A stretch of DNA of 51,559 nt from Paludibacteraceae bacterium. GTDB lineage: Bacteria > Bacteroidota > Bacteroidia > Bacteroidales > Paludibacteraceae. The DNA lies in contig JAVBUB010000172.1 in assembly GCA_031555675.1 (NCBI GenBank), forward strand, positions 1-51,559, written 5' to 3'. A program made the translations under genes and the position numbers. Below, in pieces: positions 18,773 to 28,413 of this stretch. The notes below the pieces were generated by a model. The model made no database searches, was not told where the DNA came from, and saw only the letters and a list, made by a program, of their open reading frames with translations. How positions within the stretch are numbered: position 1 is the first letter of the stretch; each line of letters starts with the position of its first letter.

Positions 18773-21700
18773 TTGAACATAGGATTTAAAAAAATAACAT
18801 TGATACTCTTATGCGGGATATGTATTTATTCCGCGTTTGCTATTGCTGGCGAGATATCGGGAACAACTCCCGAAAGCAACACCAGTGATGATCTTATTTT
18901 TCCTATAGCCCCCAAAGAAGGAACTTCTACTCAGGAATTGCAGACAAAATCCTCTCCCATAGATCTAAGAGATCCCGAAAATATCCGTTCTACCGTAGAA
19001 TATGATCCGGAAACCGGACATTACATCCTCCATACAAAAATGGGAGATGAAGATATTTCCAGCCCATATGTGCTTAATTCAGAAGAATTTAAGCAGTATA
19101 GTATGCAAAAATCCATGCAGGACTACTGGAGGCAGAAAAATGCAGCGGAACTCCGTGATGGAAAGGATAAGTTTGACCTGACCAACATACAGGTTGATAT
19201 TGGAAAAGGTGACTTGATATTTGGACCTGGAGGTATTCAGGTAAAAACACAAGGCTCGGCGGAATTGAAATTTGGATTCAAAAAAAATAAAGTGGATAAT
19301 CCAACGCTTACGGAACGTTCGCGTAACCCGCCGGCTACATTCGATTTTGATGAAAAGATACAATTAAGCGTAAAAGGAACGGTTGGAGATAAAATCAGCC
19401 TTGCCTTAAATTATAATACGGAGGCTTCTTTCGATTATGACCAGAAATTGATAAAACTGGCTTATGAAGGTAAAGAAGATGAAATTCTCCAAAAATTCGA
19501 AGCCGGTAATGTGAGCATGCCTTTGAGCAGTTCCCTTATTACTGGAAGCACTGCTCTTTTCGGTATTAAAACTCAATTGAAGTTTGGGCGTTTGACGATT
19601 GACGGGCTTCTTTCTCAGCAAGAATCTGAAACACAGACGGTAAGCCTTAGAAATGGAGCGCAGACGACTCCGTTTGAGATGAGCGCGGATAACTACGACG
19701 AAAATCGCCATTTTTTCATGGCACATTATTTTTATGATAATTATGATAAGGCAATGAGTACTTTGCCTTACATCAACTCTTCTATCAAAATAAACAGGAT
19801 AGAGGTTTGGGTAACCAATAAACGCGGTAATTACGATCAGGCCCGTAATATTATTGCTTTTACCGACTTGGCGGAGTCTAATGTCAATAATATGGTACAA
19901 CCTCCACTTTGGTCTTCTTCGGGGAAACCGTATCCTTCTAATGACGCTAATAGCCTGTATAGCACGGTTAGCGCTTATCCCGAAATCAGAAATATCAGTA
20001 CCGTCAATCAAGCATTACAGGATAATGGCCTTGAAGCCGGTGAAGACTATGAAAAAATAGAAAGTGCACGCTTGCTGAATAGTTCGGAATATACCATTAA
20101 TTATGAATTGGGTTATGTTTCGCTTAAAGCGGCATTAAATTCAGATGAAGTTCTTGGGGTAGCCTACGAATACACCGCAGGTGGCGTAACCTATCAGGTT
20201 GGTGAGTTTTCTTCTCAGGTTGGTAATTCAACTTCGAATCCGGAGGTGCCGGCAGACCAGAATTTAAAAACATCTCCCAATCTTATTGTAAAGCTACTGA
20301 AAGGAACAAACCTGCATCCGCAGTCTCCTACCTGGGCCTTGATGATGAAAAACGTTTACTCTTTGGGGGCTTATCAGTTGCAGTCGGATAAGTTTGAACT
20401 TAATATCATGTATCAAAGTGACTCTGCCGGAGTTTACCTAAACTACCTGCCTAATTCCCCGATAGATACCATACCATTATTACGTGTAATGAACCTTGAC
20501 CGCTTGGATAGCCATAATGAAGTGCGTTCTCGTGGAGATGGATTTTTTGACTATATAGAAGGTTACACGGTAATATCTTCTACCGGACGAATTATATTCC
20601 CGGTGGTAGAACCATTTGGTGTTAACCTGAAGAAAAAACTTACTGTTAATGGTAACTTTGATCCCAGAAACAATAAGTTTATTTATCAAGAATTATATGA
20701 TTCTACACTTGTTGTGGCTCAAGAATTTTCGGAAAAAAATAAATTTAAATTAAAAGGAAAATATAAAGGATCTTCAGGCTCTGAAATACGGTTGAACGCC
20801 ATGAATATTCCGCGAGGATCTGTTACCGTAACAGCCGGTGGAGTGAAATTGATAGAAAACTCCGATTATACCGTAGATTATTCGATGGGAGCCGTTACTA
20901 TTCTGAATACCGCTTACCTGGATTCGGGTACACCTATAGATGTAAAACTCGAAAACCAGTCCTATTTCAATACGCAACGGAAGTCGTTGATGGGTATGCA
21001 CCTCGATTATAAGTTTAATGAAGACTTCAATATCGGTGGAACCATTATGCACTTGTCTGAAAAACCATTGACACAAAAGGTAACCATGGGAAGTGAACCT
21101 ATATCCAATACGATTTGGGGGTTGAACACATCCTATAAAACCCAAAGCCAATGGTTAACCAATATGTTGGATAAGTTGCCATTGCTCAAATTAACACAAC
21201 CTTCTAGTATTGCTTTCAACGCGGAATTTGCCCAGCTTATTCCCGGAGTATCCAAGGTAATAGAGAATTATGCTTATATTGATGATTTTGAGTCTACAAA
21301 GATAGGCATAGACCTTCGCGCACCATCGACCTGGAAGCTTGCGAGTACACCGGCAGATAGAGATAATCCTGATCTGAAAACGATATTTGACCAGTCTCAG
21401 TTAAATAATAATGTAGAATATGGTTACAACAGGTCATTATTGGCATGGTATAACATATCTACCGAATTTACAAGAAAAACTACTGGTGGTAGCTCGGGAG
21501 ATTTGGCTTATATCCGTAGCGACAAGGATCAATTGTCCAATCTCTTTGTTCGTGAAATACAAGAACGGGAAGTTTATCCCAACAAGGAGCGCATTTATGG
21601 GCAACCTTCTACCTTAACAGTGTTAAACTTGGCTTATTACCCAAAAGAAAGAGGCCCTTATAATCTCAATGCAGGGCAGATAGGATCAGATGGAAAAATA

Positions 21701-24700
21701 ACCAATCCAAAGGGTAATTGGGGTGGTATTATGCGTAAACTTGAAACTACTGACTTTGAAACGGCTAATATTGAATATATCGAATTCTGGTTGATGGATC
21801 CGTTTGTGTATAATAATGATCCGGATAACCAACAATTTCGAAGTTCGGGAGGAGATTTATATATCAATCTGGGAGATGTTTCCGAAGATATATTGAAAGA
21901 TGGTAAGAAGTTTTTCGAACATGGTTTGCCGGTAGATGGAGATAAAACTAAAATAGACTCTACGGCATGGGGATATGTACCCAAAATACAATCGACGATA
22001 ACTGCTTTCGAAAGCACAAACATAACAGCGCAAGACTTAGGCCTGAACGGTTTTACCGATGCAAAGGAAAAAATCTATGGAGATTATGCTGTATATCTGC
22101 AACAGTTAAAGGGAATTATTTCTGCCGATATTCAATCACAGATGGAAAGTGATCCTTTTTCGCTGTTTAATGACCCGGCGGGAGATAATTATCATCATTA
22201 CAGGGGATCCGATTATACAGACCAGCGGTTGGGTGTACTCGACAGATACAAGCGCTTTAACGGTTTGCAAGGGAATTCAACTCAGGGCAAGGAAACTTAT
22301 TCTACTACATCTACTTCGTTGCCCGATGTGGAAGATATCAATGCTGACAATACTTTAACTGAAACCGAAAGGTTCTACCGTTATAAAGTATCATTGCGCC
22401 CGCAAGACATGCAGATTGGTTCCAATTATATAGTGGATATAAGGGAAGCGGAGGAAAAACTAGATAACAATGAAACAGCAAAGATTAACTGGTATCAGTT
22501 TAAAATTCCGGTTCGGGAAGGTGTGGCGGTTAATAAAATCAACAACCTCAAGTCAATTCGTTTCATGCGTATGTTCATGACGAATTTTGAAGATGAAACA
22601 CACTTGCGTTTTGCTTCTTTGCAATTGATTCGTGGCGAATGGCGTGAATATAAAAAAGATCTCAGATATGATGCTGATAAAATAGAAGTATCAGGTGGCT
22701 CAATAGATGTTTCTGCCGTAAATATTGAAGAAAACTCTAACAAGACACCGGTTAATTATATACTTCCTCCGGGTGTAAGTCGTGTGATTGATCCAAGTCA
22801 GTCGCAAATCAGACAGGAGAATGAGCAGGCGATGCTGATGAAAATAGACAGCCTTGCACCAAAAGATGTTCTTGCCGTATATAAAAATTCGGGAATGGAT
22901 ATGCGGCAGTACAAAAAATTACAGATGTTTGTCCACGCCGAGGCCAAATATCCTGTCAATACAACTAATCTGAATAATTATGAGCTAACTGCCTTTATCC
23001 GATTGGGTAGCGATCATACCAACAATTTCTATGAGTACGAAATACCATTGGTATTAACGGCACCTGGTCAATATAGCTCTAAAATATCAGGAGAGGATTG
23101 GAAAGTATGGCCCAAGGAAAATATGTTCAACTTTGCATTGGATAAACTTGTAGAAGCGAAAAATGCCCGTAACGCTTCGGATTGGCCATTAACCAAGCCA
23201 TGTTTCAGCTATGATAATGGCGACTATCAGAAGAATAAGATTACCGTAATGGGTAATCCGAGTCTGAGCGAAGTACAAGTAATTATGATTGGTATAAGAA
23301 ACCAATCGAGTGAAATAAAATCAGGAGAAATTTGGGTAAACGAATTACGTCTGAATCAATTTAACGAAGACGGTGGTTATGCCGCATTGGCAAATATGGT
23401 AATTAATTTATCCGATTTTGGTAATGTTACGGTAAGCGGAAGAACCGAATCATCCGGATTTGGAAGCATAGAACAAAATGTAATGGGACGTAATATTGAC
23501 GATTCTTATCAGGTAAATGTTGCTACCGGATTGGAGTTGGGACGTTTCTTTCCTGAAAAGGCAAAAATCCGTATCCCCTTCTATTATTCGCATTCCCGTG
23601 AAACAGTGAATCCGAAGTATAACCCATTAGATCAGGACGTATTGTTGGACGATGCATTGAATGCGGCTGATAAAAGGTCTATTAGAGATTCTATCAAAAG
23701 TGCGTCACAGGACGTAACCATCAATAGAAGTATTAGTTTATCGAATGTCAAAGTGGACATTCAAAGTAAGAAACCGCAAATTTACGATCCGACGAACTTC
23801 TCAGTTGGTTATACGTTTACCGAAACAAAATCCTATGATCCGGAAATAGACTATGAATTAACCAAAAATCACAGGGGAACATTTAACTATAATTACAGTA
23901 CAACGCCGAAACCGTACGAACCTTTTGCTAATACAAAAGCATTGAATTCCAAATCGTTGAAATTAATTAAAGATTTTAATGTCAACTATATGCCGTCTTA
24001 TATTGCTTATGCGAATAATATAAACAGGTATTATTATGAATTGCAGGTAAAGGATCTTACCGGATTAAATAAACTCGATCCTTCGTTTAAGCAAGACTTT
24101 ATGTGGAGTCGTAACTTTGACTTGAAATATGATTTTTCGCGTTCGCTTAAATTTACTCTTTCTACGGCAACCAACTCACGTATAGATGAACCATATGTGC
24201 CTGTAAATAAAAATCTGTATCCCGACGATTATCAAGACTGGAAGGATTCTGTTTGGAGCAATGTTGCCAAAGGAGGCCGCCCAATGGCTTATCAGCAACT
24301 ATTTACAGCTGACTATAATGTGCCGTTGAATAAGATTCCGTTCTTAAATTGGGTAACTGCCAGAGGACAATATAGTTCTACCTACAACTGGGAGCGTGGT
24401 GTTACAACCTCCTTTGTTGACGATGCAGGTATAACGCAGGAATTTAATCTTGGAAATACAGCCGCGGAAATACGGACATGGCAGATTGATAGCCGGTTGA
24501 ACTTGGAAACTTTATATAAGAAATCGAATTATTTGGCTAAGGTAAATGACCGTTTCTCCGGTAAAAAACAAAAAGCACCTCAGTCGAAGAAGTATACTGA
24601 AAAGGTTTCGTTGAAAGCTGATGCAAAAAAAGAAATCAGGCACCGCCTGGGATCTACGGATATCGTAGTAACTGCAACCGACGAAACCGGCAAAGCATAT

Positions 24701-26197
24701 CTTGTTAAATATAAAAAAGTAGACCAAAATACCATTAGCATCTCCAGCAAAACCGATGTCAATCTGGATATTAATATTGCGACGGTAGTACGCGAAGATA
24801 ATGCAGCTAATACGGTAACCGACGGACTTGTACGCTTACTGATGATGGTACGGAATATATCCGGGACCTATAAAAATACAAATAGCGTAATATTGCCGGG
24901 TTATCAAGAAACTACAGGCTTTATGGGGCAACGCGGTGGTGCACCCGGTTATGATTTTGTATTCGGATTTTATGATAATGAGGAATATATTAAGAAAGCC
25001 ATTCAGAAAGGATGGCTCGCGTATAATGATACTATTTCAAATCCTGTAGCGATCAACCAAATGACCGATTTGCAGTTACGAGCTTCTGTTGAACCTGTCA
25101 GAAGTCTGAAAATAGAATTAAATGCGATGAGGGCTACATCGGAATCACGTACTACCCAGTATTACGATAGTAAATTCGATAATGCTATACCTACATTTAC
25201 CGGTACGTTCAGCATGACACAGGCGGCTATTGGAACATCGCTATGGAAAATAGGAAGTTCGGGCAACTTTGATTCAAAGGCCTATAATAATTTCTTGGCA
25301 TACAGATCAACGATGGCTTCTCGTATTACAAAAGAATATGAAAAAGCAAATGCGGAGCTTAATGATGGTTATAATATCAATTCGTCGGATGTGTTGATAC
25401 CCGCATTTTTGGCTGCTTATACCAACAGAAACCCCAATAAATCCACACTCGATATATTCCCGTCTGTGCTGAAAATGCTACCTAACTGGCGTATTACTTA
25501 TAACGGATTATCGAATATTGAATTTATCAAGAAATATTTCAAGAGCGTAAATATTAATCACGCATACCGATGTACCTACAATGTAGGATCATACACATCG
25601 TTACTTGGCTGGAGAAAGATGTCGGATAATAGCGACAGTAATTATGGTTATGTCACGAATATACTCGATTCGGGTGGAAAAGATATCTTATCTTCACAAT
25701 ATGATGTAGCAACAGTGACTATTACAGAGTCGTTCAGCCCGTTTTTGGGTATAGAGGTGGCTACTCAAAACAATATATCCCTCAAAGTGGAATATAAAAG
25801 AGCCAGAACATTGAGCTTAAGCCTTTCCAGTACGCAACTGATCGAAAGCTTCAACAATGAATGGGTTTTTGGAGCCGGATATAAGATTAAAAATTTTAAT
25901 GCTATCTTAAAGATAAAACAAAAACAAAACGCAGTAAGTAATGATTTGACCTTAAGAGGAGATATATCTATAAAAGATATTAAAGCCATTATCCGGAAAA
26001 TAGAAGAAGAATATGCTCAACCTACATCCGGTAACAAAGGTTTAACATTAAGAATTACAGCAGATTACGTTTTCAGTGAAAAGGTAAATATCGGATTGTA
26101 TTATGACCGTACCACCAATACGCCATTTATTTCATCCTCTTATCCTACGGTAAGTACAGATTTTGGTATAACTTTCAGGTTCCTGCTTACCAGATAA
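18773..26197 (+). CDS. sprA: T9SS translocon / gliding-motility cell-surface protein SprA (Sov)
   Basis: 2474-aa ORF with a signal peptide, beta-rich composition and a C-terminal F/Y-rich barrel end. Its size and its position immediately downstream of ruvA match the conserved Bacteroidota ruvA-sprA arrangement. The start codon in the track is TTG, so the exact start is uncertain. Confidence 0.88.
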   Translation: MNIGFKKITLILLCGICIYSAFAIAGEISGTTPESNTSDDLIFPIAPKEGTSTQELQTKSSPIDLRDPENIRSTVEYDPETGHYILHTKMGDEDISSPYVLNSEEFKQYSMQKSMQDYWRQKNAAELRDGKDKFDLTNIQVDIGKGDLIFGPGGIQVKTQGSAELKFGFKKNKVDNPTLTERSRNPPATFDFDEKIQLSVKGTVGDKISLALNYNTEASFDYDQKLIKLAYEGKEDEILQKFEAGNVSMPLSSSLITGSTALFGIKTQLKFGRLTIDGLLSQQESETQTVSLRNGAQTTPFEMSADNYDENRHFFMAHYFYDNYDKAMSTLPYINSSIKINRIEVWVTNKRGNYDQARNIIAFTDLAESNVNNMVQPPLWSSSGKPYPSNDANSLYSTVSAYPEIRNISTVNQALQDNGLEAGEDYEKIESARLLNSSEYTINYELGYVSLKAALNSDEVLGVAYEYTAGGVTYQVGEFSSQVGNSTSNPEVPADQNLKTSPNLIVKLLKGTNLHPQSPTWALMMKNVYSLGAYQLQSDKFELNIMYQSDSAGVYLNYLPNSPIDTIPLLRVMNLDRLDSHNEVRSRGDGFFDYIEGYTVISSTGRIIFPVVEPFGVNLKKKLTVNGNFDPRNNKFIYQELYDSTLVVAQEFSEKNKFKLKGKYKGSSGSEIRLNAMNIPRGSVTVTAGGVKLIENSDYTVDYSMGAVTILNTAYLDSGTPIDVKLENQSYFNTQRKSLMGMHLDYKFNEDFNIGGTIMHLSEKPLTQKVTMGSEPISNTIWGLNTSYKTQSQWLTNMLDKLPLLKLTQPSSIAFNAEFAQLIPGVSKVIENYAYIDDFESTKIGIDLRAPSTWKLASTPADRDNPDLKTIFDQSQLNNNVEYGYNRSLLAWYNISTEFTRKTTGGSSGDLAYIRSDKDQLSNLFVREIQEREVYPNKERIYGQPSTLTVLNLAYYPKERGPYNLNAGQIGSDGKITNPKGNWGGIMRKLETTDFETANIEYIEFWLMDPFVYNNDPDNQQFRSSGGDLYINLGDVSEDILKDGKKFFEHGLPVDGDKTKIDSTAWGYVPKIQSTITAFESTNITAQDLGLNGFTDAKEKIYGDYAVYLQQLKGIISADIQSQMESDPFSLFNDPAGDNYHHYRGSDYTDQRLGVLDRYKRFNGLQGNSTQGKETYSTTSTSLPDVEDINADNTLTETERFYRYKVSLRPQDMQIGSNYIVDIREAEEKLDNNETAKINWYQFKIPVREGVAVNKINNLKSIRFMRMFMTNFEDETHLRFASLQLIRGEWREYKKDLRYDADKIEVSGGSIDVSAVNIEENSNKTPVNYILPPGVSRVIDPSQSQIRQENEQAMLMKIDSLAPKDVLAVYKNSGMDMRQYKKLQMFVHAEAKYPVNTTNLNNYELTAFIRLGSDHTNNFYEYEIPLVLTAPGQYSSKISGEDWKVWPKENMFNFALDKLVEAKNARNASDWPLTKPCFSYDNGDYQKNKITVMGNPSLSEVQVIMIGIRNQSSEIKSGEIWVNELRLNQFNEDGGYAALANMVINLSDFGNVTVSGRTESSGFGSIEQNVMGRNIDDSYQVNVATGLELGRFFPEKAKIRIPFYYSHSRETVNPKYNPLDQDVLLDDALNAADKRSIRDSIKSASQDVTINRSISLSNVKVDIQSKKPQIYDPTNFSVGYTFTETKSYDPEIDYELTKNHRGTFNYNYSTTPKPYEPFANTKALNSKSLKLIKDFNVNYMPSYIAYANNINRYYYELQVKDLTGLNKLDPSFKQDFMWSRNFDLKYDFSRSLKFTLSTATNSRIDEPYVPVNKNLYPDDYQDWKDSVWSNVAKGGRPMAYQQLFTADYNVPLNKIPFLNWVTARGQYSSTYNWERGVTTSFVDDAGITQEFNLGNTAAEIRTWQIDSRLNLETLYKKSNYLAKVNDRFSGKKQKAPQSKKYTEKVSLKADAKKEIRHRLGSTDIVVTATDETGKAYLVKYKKVDQNTISISSKTDVNLDINIATVVREDNAANTVTDGLVRLLMMVRNISGTYKNTNSVILPGYQETTGFMGQRGGAPGYDFVFGFYDNEEYIKKAIQKGWLAYNDTISNPVAINQMTDLQLRASVEPVRSLKIELNAMRATSESRTTQYYDSKFDNAIPTFTGTFSMTQAAIGTSLWKIGSSGNFDSKAYNNFLAYRSTMASRITKEYEKANAELNDGYNINSSDVLIPAFLAAYTNRNPNKSTLDIFPSVLKMLPNWRITYNGLSNIEFIKKYFKSVNINHAYRCTYNVGSYTSLLGWRKMSDNSDSNYGYVTNILDSGGKDILSSQYDVATVTITESFSPFLGIEVATQNNISLKVEYKRARTLSLSLSSTQLIESFNNEWVFGAGYKIKNFNAILKIKQKQNAVSNDLTLRGDISIKDIKAIIRKIEEEYAQPTSGNKGLTLRITADYVFSEKVNIGLYYDRTTNTPFISSSYPTVSTDFGITFRFLLTR

Positions 26198-26253
26198 TAC
26201 AGATTGACAGAACAACTAATTCATTGAACGGTTTGGATGAATCAGTTATTCAT

Positions 26254-26261
26254 TATATTTG
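26254..26261 (+). promoter_or_regulatory. Candidate -7 promoter box for the dsbD-like gene
   Basis: TATATTTG, 25 nt upstream of the ATG at 26286. It is bracketed by a 13-bp direct repeat (see findings). Confidence 0.4.
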
Positions 26262-26285
26262 ATGAATCAGTTAACTTCTTAGCCA

Positions 26286-28289
26286 ATGAAAAAAATAATA
26301 ATAACAACATATCTGCTTATTGCTTCCTGTGTAGCTTTATTGGCACAAATTCAAGAACCCGTAAAATGGACATTCGAGAAGAAAGATTTAACCACGACTG
26401 CTGCCGAGCTCATTTTTAAAGCCTCCATAGAAAAACCATGGCACATATATGGAATGAATCTTCCGGAAGGAGGACCGGTTTCAACCAATATTGTATTTGA
26501 AAACCTTTCGGGAGTTGAATTGGAGGGTGCTGTAACTGCCACTCAAAAAACAAAAGAAAGTTTAGACCAGAATTTTGGTATGCTGCTGACTTATTATGAA
26601 AATAAAGTCGATTTCAAGCAAAAAATCAAGATAAAAGACGATAAGAAGTATTCCATTTCCGGTTATGTAGAATACATGGCTTGTAATGATGAAACATGCC
26701 TTGCACCCGTTCGCGAACCATTTACCTTTAAACCGTCGGAACAAAGTATAGCAGCACCCGTTGCCATTCAAGAATTATCGGTTGTTCCCGTGGTAGTTCC
26801 CAGTTCGGAAGTGGAGGATATTACACAACCACAAACGTTGGTTAATCCTAAAGAAGCCTATTGGGAGCCGGTTATCGATTTGATGCAAGATTCCTCCATG
26901 CTTTCACAAGATAGAGGCGGAATGTTTTGGTTGATTATTTTTATCAAAGGGTTTTTGGGTGGATTGATTGCTATTTTTACACCATGTGTATGGCCTATTA
27001 TTCCCATGACGGTAAGTTTTTTTCTGAAAAGGGCTGTTGACAGGAAAAAAGGGAAACGTGATTCTCTTTTATATGGCGTTTCCATTGTTGTTATTTACCT
27101 GCTGCTTGGACTTATTATTACGGCAATTTTCGGCGCTAATGCGTTGAATAGTCTTTCTACAAGCGCTTTCTTTAATCTATTGTTCTTTACTTTACTCCTC
27201 ATTTTCGGAGCCTCTTTTCTCGGCGCTTTTCAAATAGCACTGCCTGCTTCGTGGACAACAAGGCTAGATAAAAAAGCGGAATCGACTTCCGGTATTTGGA
27301 GTATTTTTTTGATGGCATTTACATTGGCACTCGTTTCTTTCTCCTGTACAGGCCCTATTATCGGTACCTTATTGGTTGATGTCTCCGTGAGCGGATCCAT
27401 TTTGGCTCCAGCTGTTGGTATGTTTGGATTTGCCCTGGCTTTGGCCGTCCCATTTACTTTCTTTGCTATGTTCCCGGCCCTGATGCGTGTGATGCCCAAA
27501 TCGGGAGGTTGGCTTAATACTGTTAAAGTGACACTCGGATTTTTAGAGTTGGCTTTTGCCCTTAAATTTCTGTCTGTTGCCGATTTAGCCTATGGTTGGG
27601 GAATATTAGACAGGGAAGTATTCTTGGTACTTTGGATCGTTATTTTCTTGATGCTGGGATTATATTTATTAGGAAGAATACGCTTTGCATATGACAGTGA
27701 AATGAAAGAACTGTCTTTTAGCCGATTAATACTTGGAATGATTTCTTTTGCGTTTGCCATTTATATGATTCCGGGGTTATGGGGAGCGCCTCTTAAAACC
27801 ATCAGTGCTTTTGCTCCGCCGTTGTATACCCAAGATTTTAACCTCTACAAAGAGGAAGTTGAAGCCGAGTTTCACGACTATGAACAAGGCATGGAATATG
27901 CCCGGAAAGTGAATAAACCCGTGCTGATTGATTTTACCGGATACGGATGTGTAAACTGCCGTAAAATGGAAGTAAGCGTATGGATTCAGCCGGAAGTAAA
28001 AAAACTGATGACGGAAAACTATGTGTTGATAACACTTTATGTGGATGATAAAACTGCATTGGAACAACCCTATACTGTTATTGAAAACAACAAAACATAT
28101 AACATCAAAACCATAGGAGATAAATGGAGTTACCTCCAACGTCATAAGTTTGGAGCCAATGCCCAGCCTTATTATGTGTTACTCGATAATGAGGCAAAAC
28201 CATTGAACAGAGCTTTTTTCTTTACCGAAAACGCCCACGAATTCGCAGATTTTCTGAATTCAGGATTGAAAAGTTATCAAAAAGATTAG
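26286..28289 (+). CDS. Thiol:disulfide interchange protein DsbD-like (N-terminal DsbD-alpha-like domain, CcdA-type membrane core, C-terminal thioredoxin)
   Basis: Signal peptide; YMACNDETCLAP; membrane-core cysteines FTPCVWPIIP and SFSCTGPIIG; C-terminal thioredoxin CxxC (GYGCVNCRKME). Confidence 0.85.
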   Translation: MKKIIITTYLLIASCVALLAQIQEPVKWTFEKKDLTTTAAELIFKASIEKPWHIYGMNLPEGGPVSTNIVFENLSGVELEGAVTATQKTKESLDQNFGMLLTYYENKVDFKQKIKIKDDKKYSISGYVEYMACNDETCLAPVREPFTFKPSEQSIAAPVAIQELSVVPVVVPSSEVEDITQPQTLVNPKEAYWEPVIDLMQDSSMLSQDRGGMFWLIIFIKGFLGGLIAIFTPCVWPIIPMTVSFFLKRAVDRKKGKRDSLLYGVSIVVIYLLLGLIITAIFGANALNSLSTSAFFNLLFFTLLLIFGASFLGAFQIALPASWTTRLDKKAESTSGIWSIFLMAFTLALVSFSCTGPIIGTLLVDVSVSGSILAPAVGMFGFALALAVPFTFFAMFPALMRVMPKSGGWLNTVKVTLGFLELAFALKFLSVADLAYGWGILDREVFLVLWIVIFLMLGLYLLGRIRFAYDSEMKELSFSRLILGMISFAFAIYMIPGLWGAPLKTISAFAPPLYTQDFNLYKEEVEAEFHDYEQGMEYARKVNKPVLIDFTGYGCVNCRKMEVSVWIQPEVKKLMTENYVLITLYVDDKTALEQPYTVIENNKTYNIKTIGDKWSYLQRHKFGANAQPYYVLLDNEAKPLNRAFFFTENAHEFADFLNSGLKSYQKD

Positions 28290-28413
28290 GCTGAAACTTA
28301 TTTTTTAGCTATATTTATCAAATATTCCCACAAAAACATAAAGTTTACTATTCCTTACGTTCTTTATATTTTAGTGGAGACAATAAATGTCCTTAAATCA
28401 ATTAAATAAACAC

